Positions 47,554 through 56,247 of a DNA stretch of 56,247 nt are shown here, piece after piece; position 1 is the first letter of the stretch, and each line of letters opens with the position of its first letter. The stretch is taken from NCBI RefSeq assembly GCF_006345805.1, contig NW_021833675.1:1-56247 (forward strand), in the 5' to 3' direction. The notes under the pieces were generated by a model. That model worked only from the letters and a program-made list of their open reading frames with translations, was not told the DNA's origin and made no database searches. This DNA comes from Octopus sinensis. Lineage: Eukaryota. Both the position numbers and the translations under genes were made by a program.

Positions 47554-48024
47554 TAGGTTTTAAAAATAAAAACACAAATTAATATGGCAAATAAACACAT
47601 AATGTATTATTTGAAAAAATTTACTTAAATATTTTAATGTATGTACTAAATTTTGTACTTTAGTTTTCATTTATTTTTAAAGTACCTTTGACATTATTCA
47701 GATAAAGTACATTATTGAATAAAAAACTAGTTTTTTTATTGACACACCTGATTTTAACCATTAAATTATAGAAGTACTTCTTTTAAAATTGAAAAAAACT
47801 AGCAGTTGATTTATTGACTAATTATTGAATTCGTCAATGTCATAAATCTATGATTTCAAAACCCAGATTACGGTTCTTATTAAATTTTAGATACTGGATT
47901 GAATTTCTAAATATTAATCATAAAATGGTATGGTGTGTGCGCACCGACTTCAAACTAGCAAAATACAGATGAATTGTGAAAATCCCCTTCCCTTATAATT
48001 AAAAAACATTCATCCAAAATAAAA

Positions 48025-48190
48025 TATTATTATTAGAGTATGGCCACATCGAACCAGGTCGTTTTGCAGTGAAAAGGGACATCCGGTTCCGCAGTGAGAT
48101 TACTGATGGCGGCGTCACCTTTAGCCTCAATATTAGATGCATGAAACTTTTAGCCGCAACAATGGGATTCGAATCCGGCAGATTAGCATA
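48025..48190 (-). mobile_element. Possible RLE-domain fragment of another retroelement family
   Basis: Reads SAGFESH...KGDAAISNL...TTWFDVAIL, resembling RLE xD...WDV spacing. Weak. Confidence 0.3.
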
Positions 48191-48329
48191 TATAAAATAA
48201 AACAAGTATACAAATAATGAATGATGGCAATAAATATTTAAACTATTGGCGTTACTTTATAATTTCAAAAAGACAGTATCCAAAATATTCCAATATCGTT
48301 TTATATCAATAAAATTTAATAATAATTAT

Positions 48330-48889
48330 TTAATTGGCTCGTGTTTAATCATTCATGCCGAAACGGAATTGGATGTTCCTCACGACATTCCGAACTCAAC
48401 CAGATCATCTGTCGATCTCTCCGAACTGCTGGTTTCCACACAAAATTTGAATCTGCAGGGATTTTTGTAGAGGACGACAGAAGACCCGATGGGATGACCA
48501 CATTTCCATTTCAGAGGGGAAAGTGTCTGGTTTGGGACGTCACGTGTGTGAACTCCTTTTCCAATCAGAATATCAATTGTGTATCGAAAAATTGGGAGCC
48601 CCGTCTGAACGGGCTGAGAAGAGGAAGAGTGAGAAATACGCTGGAATTGGGAATGACAGAGTGTTTGTCCCCCTGGCTTTTGAGACGTCAGGAATACAGG
48701 GGCCTTCTATTCGGGGCCTACTCCAGAGGAATGGCTCACAAATGGAAAGGGTTACCGGCGACCCGTATGAGCACCGGTATTTAATCGAACGAATATCTAT
48801 AGCCATAGTCAGAGGCAATACTCTGGCTATCTGCCAATGACCTTTTTTTCAAGTGCTTTTATTAATAAAACCGTTTGTTATTAAAAAAA
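48330..48889 (+). mobile_element. 5'-truncated CRE-like element whose A-tail abuts the MICU stop codon
   Basis: Reads RHSELNQII...RRPDGMTTFPFQRGKCLVWDVTCVNS...AFETSG...IERISIAIVRGN*; A7 tail at 48883-48889. Confidence 0.88.
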
Positions 48890-50252
48890 TTAATATGTGA
48901 ACTGCATTTGGTGACGAACACATGACTTCCAGTTCTTAAAAATAGATTGGTTTTCATGAGTAGAGACAAGATTAGCCGTATAAGGAGCTTTCATTACACT
49001 GACAAACTCCTTATAACTTAACTTTTCATCACCGTCCTCATCAAAAATCCCAAACAGCACATCAACTAAATTAGTAGAAATCTCATTTCCAGTCGCAATT
49101 TTAGCAGCTCTTATAAACTCATCTATTTTTTATAATTGAAAAATTCCTCAAAAACCTTTTGTGATCGAAATTCCAGCTATAGTGTGCATCTGAATTGCAA
49201 CGTCAAACTTCCTCATGTTCGATAAAAGTGTATGGAACTGAGTAAATTCAACATAAGTGATTTCGTTGTCGATATTATTATTCATTAATCTCCTCATAAA
49301 TGGCTCAGGCGAAGTATTCGTGTGATTTCTGAGTAAAAGAGTTACGAATTCAATGGAAGAAATAGTGTTTAGTCCTTTAGAGAATTCATTAAATTCAAGT
49401 CGTCTAAATTCAGTTTGCAATCCTTGAACAAATGTTTCCAATTCGTCCAACGTGAGAGAATCAGTTTGTGAATAACCAAAAAGACGTGTCAGAATTGTAG
49501 TATTTTTTGTCCCCTTTTCGTAAACCAAAACCTCGAAATGAAACATAAAATCAAACATCCATGAATTCATTTCTAGTAATGGTTTTGTCTTGATCTAAGT
49601 CGAACATTCTGAACGTTACTTTAAGTCCGAGTGGATCTTAATGTTACTATCATTTTTATTACTTGTAAGTAAAAATATCACAAAAGCATATTCAACAAAT
49701 GTAATGATGCCTACAAATAAGTATAAATAACAGATGGACCATTATTTTCCAGTTTTGTGAGCAAATTTTCTTCTGGAAATCGTTTATTTGGCGTTTTTAG
49801 CAACATTTTTTCTAATTGACATTTGTCTATTTGCTTTCGACCAAATTTAGCTATTAAATATTAATTAAATAAAAACGGCGGGGAAATGAATTAAGGATCG
49901 ATTCGATAAGATCTCTGGGAGTCATATAAATTGTTCCCTCAAACTCCAATGAGGCAAAATCTTCAAATCTTTGTCGTGTGATACTTTTTTTCCCGCTAGA
50001 AGTATTTGTTGTTTGAATTCGGTTAGGATACTATTGAATAGGAGTACTTATTACTTTGGGAACGGTCAAATTATAATTATAGAGACCCCACAATGTAGTT
50101 CCTGATATTGCTGAAATTGCTAGGATTTTGATTTTCTTATTATTTTTTAAACTTTCCGCTGTAAATAAACTCCTTTTTGAATATTTCAACGTTTTAGAAA
50201 TATTTAAAAATAGAGTTCTCTAAGTAGTTTTAATAAATCTTTAAACCACCAT
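48890..50252 (-). CDS. MICU3: Mitochondrial calcium uptake protein MICU2/MICU3-like (multi-exon)
   Basis: Spliced: MV|RTLFLNISKTLKYSKRSLF (targeting-peptide-like)...RQRFEDFASLEFEGTIYMTPRDL...GIITFVEYAF...FRMFDLDQDKTITRNEF...LQTEFRRLEF...LFGIFDEDGDEKLSYKEFVSVMK...FTY*. MICU2 versus MICU3 is not resolvable here. Confidence 0.88.
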
Positions 50253-50379
50253 AAGAATACTAAATTATTGTTTATATTTAAAATATATATCAAATACAAA
50301 TGCAAAATTGCAATTATACATAGATTTAAAATTAAAATAATTTGTGACAGTTTCTTTTAATCCCATTTTAATTTGTCTC

Positions 50380-50380
<1 letters not shown>

Positions 50381-50409
<29 letters not shown>
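50381..50409 (+). other. Poly(A)-only insertion flanked by an 11-bp target duplication
   Basis: AATTTGTCTCT (50370-50380) - AT + A27 - AATTTGTCTCT (50410-50420). Confidence 0.75.
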
Positions 50410-50415
<6 letters not shown>

Positions 50416-50639
50416 TCTCTTAGTAGTTCTGTTACTCGCTGGAAATTGATCCCACATTTTTAAGGGACCAACAATTATCTTTTAAGATCATTTTTCGCCA
50501 AATCTAAAGCAAAGTGGTCGATTTGTTCTTTATCCACATACATCTTCATATATATCAATAAGATAGTTACTCGCATTGTCTAATTGCTCTTTAGACATTT
50601 TAGTTCCATGTTTATGCTCAACTATCATAGTTTTTAAAT

Positions 50640-51100
50640 AGTCGCTGTTAAATCACGCTTCGGAAATGTGAAAAGAAAACAAACGTGGTGAGAAGATTGT
50701 CTGGATTATGTAAGAACGATTCTCACCAGATATTGGCAAGCATTTATCGCCATACTTTGAACCGTCCATATCCCACATATTCGCATCATGAACACCGCTA
50801 CTATCTTGGATCAACAGGAGAAGAATCGAGAAGATCCAACTAAGAGCGTAAAGATTAACCGAACGTTAACCTCATAATAACAAACGTTCTGGAACGGCTC
50901 CTCTGGAGGATCTGATTAAACAGAACTCGAGATTTCGGGCCAATGTCCCAGCGAAACCAATCAGCCGCCAGGTGCGATCTCGTGTGGGCTCATGGAAAGT
51001 TTACGAGCGAGGATGAGGTCCCTGGTGAAATGCATCAGGATCACGTGACTATTTGTCCGGTTTATACCGTGTTCTTGGTGTTTAAATAAATAATCCTCTG
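50640..51100 (+). mobile_element. Decayed 3' fragment of an APE-type LINE
   Basis: GC-richer island reading LSPYFEPSISH...LSWINRRRIEKIQLRA, like LINE C-terminal IEKVQRRATR motifs. Confidence 0.5.
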
Positions 51101-51736
51101 CATTGAGTTGGCAAATAATATGAGGCTTTTTATTATAACGGTTACATTAAATTCCAAAACTGCAAAAAACAAAATTGTGTTTTGTTTCACGCAGTATAGT
51201 CATTAATATTTGGAGATTGCACATCAATTTTTTTGAGATTCAGCATGAATTGGAGCAAAATCAATTCAGTTTTGTGACTATTGATGCTAGCCTTCTTTTC
51301 AAAATTTTTCTGCTCGGTTAAATTAACCAATCTTTAAATGTATACATATATCTTAGAATATGCCAGTAGAAGATTCTGTTAATGAGTGGGGCCAAATGAT
51401 TGATTTCCAATATAGATTGATCAACTCTTTGATGTGGCGGTTTGACTTTAATGTCCTCATTATTGGAAATTATTTTCCACATTATTGGAAATTATTTAAT
51501 GTTTTATTGTCAATTAAACTAGAAAATTTAATAATATGGAACAATATCTTTAATAATGATTTATAAAAAAATCCAATAGAAAAAACTTAAAGAAAAATAA
51601 TTTCTTCGTTTTTTAACATTTTGGGAAATAAATTATTTATTATAAAATAATTTTTAATTTTTGAATTTAGTGATAATATAAATTTATTTTTGAATTATTT
51701 ATAAAATAATTAGTTTTTGTTGTGCTTATCTGAAAG

Positions 51737-52393
51737 CTGGATTCTTGTTACAATAATTTTACAAAGAACGGATTTCCCCAATTTGATCCCTCATTGCATA
51801 AAACACAAATTCAGCCTTATACAAACGAAACTTTCCAGAATTCAAAAACCACATTAAATGAAAAAATTTACAAAAATTCCACTTTATCCGAAAATCAAAA
51901 TAACAATTTGAACATTTTTAACAAAGATTCACAAAATAACACTCCCTGGATAAATGAGCAGTATTCCAAACTTAATGAAATTGATTTTGAAGACATTCCA
52001 GATTCCGCAAGCATGTATAATGAATTTAAATATTCATACGATCATGGAATTCCAATTCGAAGTCGACATTATCTATCCAATATAGACCAATGCAACACTA
52101 ATATAAAATACTCCCATGGTAAGACTATTGGATCTGATCACCACGTATTAAAAGATCAAAGTCTGCAAATTCCTAATCAATTTCTTAATCAACAATCTTA
52201 TCAGATAAACCGCAATTCTTCAAATGTTCAGACTGTCAATGACAAATTCTCATATTCTTATGAGAATTGTTCCTTTGATTTTTTTACTGATTATTTTTAT
52301 AATTTCAGAGGGAGAGGCGGTATTAATGACTCACAAGGTGATACTGACATATATGTAATGAATGCTATCACAATGGGTCTACAAAAGCAATGA
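51737..52393 (+). CDS. Probable coding exon of an unidentified Asn/Gln/Ser-rich protein
   Basis: About 220 open codons in very AT-rich DNA, low-complexity composition, no recognisable domain. Exon limits uncertain. Confidence 0.4.
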   Translation: MDSCYNNFTKNGFPQFDPSLHKTQIQPYTNETFQNSKTTLNEKIYKNSTLSENQNNNLNIFNKDSQNNTPWINEQYSKLNEIDFEDIPDSASMYNEFKYSYDHGIPIRSRHYLSNIDQCNTNIKYSHGKTIGSDHHVLKDQSLQIPNQFLNQQSYQINRNSSNVQTVNDKFSYSYENCSFDFFTDYFYNFRGRGGINDSQGDTDIYVMNAITMGLQKQ

Positions 52394-53412
52394 ATTTTTG
52401 CCATTCACATACTATAATTATTTTTGTATTACATCTAATGAATTTTTTTCGTATTATTTTTAATTGTTTCTCATTTCGACTTTTTTTAATGAACGAGATC
52501 TTAGCTACAAGTTTAGTGTCACGATTATATGATTTTATATTTAAAACATCATTTGAGGCGTATTTCCCATTATATTTAATAGTTCTATTTTGTATCGCTT
52601 TCGATATATTCGTTTTTTGCAGATTCAAACTGACTTAAAAAGTTTGAGACACCATCAACTATGCATTCAGTTTAGGAATTCGAGCTACCGTGTTAAAAAA
52701 TGTTGGGTCAAAAAATTTTTAAATGATGACCAATTTGCAAGTATTAAGGCGGTTTACGGTTTGTGGTCTGTAACCGTCATCATCTATCACAGGTTTTGAA
52801 TTTCAAATGTAACAGATTGAGCAATACTCTCAATGATTGACGTAAGTCTTCAGAATTTATTAAATATGTGTTTTTTATTTATTATTATACTAAATATAAA
52901 TTATATAGAACAAATTTTTAAAGAGTAAATGTATGGTCGAAATTTATTTTTGTATTTCATCATATATTTGTTACTATCGACAAATAGATTTTTAAACGAT
53001 TCAAAAAGTCTTTTTTGCACATTCTAGGATCGTTTTGATAATTCTTCCAAACTTTTCATTTTTATTTATCTCAAATTTTTAGAAATTTATACTTTGAAAA
53101 ACACAAGAACCTTCTTTATATTTGCTTTGTTTCTTTGATAAACCAATTTATGCGTTGTTTTGTCTACACTATGTGTTAAAAGTCATAATCAAGTTTAAGA
53201 CTAAGATACGGAGTAAAGACATATGAGTAAATAAGACAAATAATATTCTAATTCAAAATTTGTTTTTAGTAAATACTTACGAAACAGAATTAAAAGTTTT
53301 TTCTCTATTTTTTTAAAAAAATGATGTCTCAAAATATCTTTAATAATAATTATATCAAAGTATATCATTTGCGAGACTTTATTTAATTTAGTTTTTTTAT
53401 TAATTAGAAAAG

Positions 53413-54258
53413 TTATAATTCAGTTATATCTATTTTATCGGAATTTTCTGCATATTTATCTCTATAATTGAATTTTTCATTTTTGTTAATCATAAAAAAG
53501 TTTGAATATTCGTTTATATCAATGTAGTTATTCTAAATCAATATATTTATTGCAGAATAACCCTATCTGTATCTATTTGATCGAACACTTCTTTGAACTT
53601 ACCGTTATAAAGATAATTCGAGATTATGAAAGGTCGAAGTTCTTCTTGTGTTAAAATATTATCTCCATTTTCGTCATAAAAATAGAAATTTATATATTTA
53701 TTTTCTAAATTTTTAGTTTAAAAATTGCTACTGTATGACTCTTCTAAATCTATTTTTCCATCTTTATTAATATCATATTCCTCCATAAATTTTTTCTAAA
53801 CATTAAAAAACTTTAAAAACAATTAAATTTACCACAGATCTCTGAATTTTAAATTCTATATCGACATTATAGTTCAACAGTGTAACGACTTCTTTGGCCG
53901 AAAGAAGACCATTGTTATCTTGATCAAAATCACTGAATATATCTTTAGGTACAGGTTTATTAAATATTGAATGTATCTGATTTAAATTCATCTCAGTAAG
54001 ATTGTTTTGAGAAAATATAGATTCAATTTCTCTATAAGTTTCATTATACATAAATTTATGTGTAAATTCAAAATATTCTTTCTTTGAAATTTTCCCGTTT
54101 TTATTTCTATCGATTAGATCAAATCGTTCTCTATAAATTTTAGCATTTAATAAATTAACATACATTGCATCTTGATTAATATTTTCTGATATAATACGAA
54201 TTTTTGGAGTTAAAAATCCAATTGATGAAATGATAACCAATTTCGACAGTAACCACAT
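53413..54258 (-). CDS. Secretory-pathway multi-EF-hand protein, CREC family (reticulocalbin/calumenin-like), 4 exons
   Basis: Hydrophobic N-terminus MWLLSKLVIISSIGFL; EF loops DRNKNGKISKKE, DQDNNGLLSAKE, DINKDGKIDLEE, DENGDNILTQEE and DTDR|NNYIDINE. Ends ...IDITEL* (KDEL-like). Confidence 0.78.
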
Positions 54259-55419
54259 TTTAACGACTTTAAAAAACAAAGAGGTAAAGAAAGATTTATT
54301 ACAATTTAGTTAGTTTTAGTTTTGAAAAATCAAAAAAAAATATGTAAATATTTTCTTAATATTAGCTGAATTTACAAAATTTTTTATATTAGTATTTAAA
54401 GCAATTTTTCCATTTATAGACTGACATCGTCCTGAAACATAACAAACCCAATTTATTCGTTTTCGACAAGAAATCAAATTTTTCTGGTTGAAGTTGGGAT
54501 AACATTTTCCCAAAATTTACACCAATTGGAGATTCGAAAAATAAAAAAATATGACCTTTTATCCTAAAAAGTGGAATTAATTTATTATGAAAAAGTGAGA
54601 TAGTGCCCATTGTATTAACATGGAATGAACTTTTAACTCAACAATTCTTCCAATAACGTTCGCTTAACATGCATACATACTATAAAGAAAACCCTGACTA
54701 TAATTATTAACTATAAAGAAAACCTTTGAGAGCATGGTTGTTTTTTACAAGAACAAAGTTTAACCGTGGGAAAGGAGTCTGAACTGAACAAAAAAATAAA
54801 AAAAAATTTATCACCGAATAAGTGTGACCACAACATCGCCAGTGCCTGTCAGCACCTCGAAAGGAAAGAGGGGGGCTTGTCTACTTTTATCATTTTGCAA
54901 ATAGAGGAAGGAACGACCAGATGGAAAAGATTATTTAACTAATAAATACTTGCTTATCAAAATTTTTAGATAATATATAAAATTTTCATAATGCATTTTC
55001 TTTTGTTAATTTTTTATATGGGCAGAATTAAAGACAATGATTCAATTTCATTTTCATCTTCGTGGGATTTTAGTGACACTTGTCTCTCAGCTTTCCAATA
55101 TCAACACAATTAAGTGTAGGAACGATCTAATGATGTCAAAATCTAGTGTTGTTATTTTTTTCGTCCCTGTTTTTGATTCTTCCCTGTCACGCTCTAATTT
55201 TAAAATCCTTAATGTTCTCGGGCAGTAAAAAATGGCAAAAACTACGAAAAATAATTCGACTGACTATTACTTAAAATAATTGACCTTTCGATATAATCGA
55301 CATGCAATAGTATATTTTAGTCATATAAATTTAGAAATATATTAAAGACTATTTTTTGGTTTTATTTTTAGCTGTTTCATCGTGTTTATGCTGGTTATAT
55401 AAGATATCGGCTGTGACAT

Positions 55420-56247
55420 GATTTTCTGGAGGGAAGCAATGTTGATGACCTATTAAATAATTCAAATATTATATACAAGAAAAATTGTTAAATCCCCGTT
55501 GAGAATATGAACTAAGCATGAACTGATTTTCCATTTCAATCTGTTTAATCTTGTCTCTAATCATTTCTATTTCTGGATCATTGAAAGATGCTATTGGAAT
55601 AAAAAAATGATTATAACGTTGAGGATGACGCACTTGTCTATCCTTATATTCGTTATAGTGATTTTGTTCTTTTTCTAACAGTATCGCCTCAGCCTCCATT
55701 TGACTGAATTGACTCAAAATTGATGGATCAGAATTTCCGTTTTGCAAATATGAATTTCTCAAAGCTCTAATTATTAATAAAAATGGTTTATTTACATGAT
55801 TTCTCCAACAATTGAGTTACTTCCTCCGGCTGGAAAATACTGAATATTTTTATTTCTAAAGAATTGTTTTTGGTCGTTATTTCCATCTTCCTCAAGTTGT
55901 AATTTAATAGATTTAATCAGTTTTTTGTGTAATTTCTCGTCATCCAACATTCTTCTACGTAAGCTACTTACGTCTTCACGCGCTCCGAACATTTCATGAT
56001 GAAATAAAGTCCGACCATCATAGTTGTGCATGTCTAAAATTTTAGTAGCTGTGAATATAAAAACTTTTTAATGGTTGCTGATAATATTTCAAAAAACTAA
56101 TATCAGAAGAAATATCTAAATATCTATATCAATAATATACCCATTTTCGTAGATTCCAGCTTACTCATTTGAGCACATAGGGATTCCATTTTTGTTGAAT
56201 ATTCAAATTCAAGTGATTTTAACTTATTTGATAACTATAAAATTAAA
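55420..56247 (-). CDS. Internal exons of a coiled-coil protein, possibly CCDC17-like; runs off the window
   Basis: RALRNSYLQNGNSDPSILSQFSQMEAEAILLE...IKQIEMENQFM resembles, from memory, the CCDC17 region [26 protein letters not shown]. Micro-introns flank the ORFs. Confidence 0.4.

Larger units (their letters stand above)
23500..48013 (+). repeat. Tandem array of a ~1.87-kb unit (Buster left end + ~1.15 kb unidentified DNA), about 11 full or partial units
   Basis: The Buster TIR CAGGGTTTCC(C)AAAGTGGGCG recurs at 24441, 27682, 29555, 30785, 32656, 33890, 35763, 37638 and 40855. Core spacings are 1873/1230/1871/1234/1873/1875. Confidence 0.97.

Noticed and set aside
23500-48013. CRISPR array or rDNA/histone cluster interpretation of the tandem repeats
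   Set aside because: Units are kb-sized with no short repeat-unique spacer pattern, and no rRNA or histone sequence is recognisable.
48150-48185. T-loop-like GGATTCGAATCC suggesting a tRNA
   Set aside because: No acceptor, D or anticodon stems can be formed. The region is better explained as a minus-strand RLE fragment.
54316-54960. Short ORFs and a 14-bp direct repeat (ctataaagaaaacc) upstream of the CREC gene
   Set aside because: No recognisable domain or element structure; not supportable.

Overview
AT-rich eukaryotic (animal-like) genomic DNA with very short spliceosomal introns (mostly about 25-35 nt). This suggests a compact-intron parasite such as a myxozoan, which is an inference only. 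Host genes rebuilt by hand across micro-introns: TBCE-like 3' end, WASP/N-WASP, a miniature GPATCH4, SSDP/SSBP, MICU2/3, a reticulocalbin/calumenin-like EF-hand protein and a possible CCDC17-like gene. They sit among many transposon remnants: CRE-like and R4/Dong-like RLE retroelements, RTE and Jockey/I-group LINEs, mariner, pogo/Tigger, Merlin, hAT-Buster, an intron-containing Ginger-like integrase, and a TGT...ACA MITE family with 5-bp TSDs. About 24.5 kb (23500-48013) is a tandem array of a ~1.87-kb unit made of the left end of a dead Buster transposon plus ~1.15 kb of unidentified DNA. The array shows alternating long/short higher-order structure, a homogenised core, diverged edges and nested insertions. 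Smaller oddities: two kinds of short templated insertion, a poly(A)-only insertion with TSD, and a CRE copy abutting the MICU stop codon. No rRNA, tRNA or CRISPR array is supported. Many 1-bp homopolymer indels between array units may be sequencing error, so some frameshifts may not be real. All family assignments come from motif recognition, not database searches.
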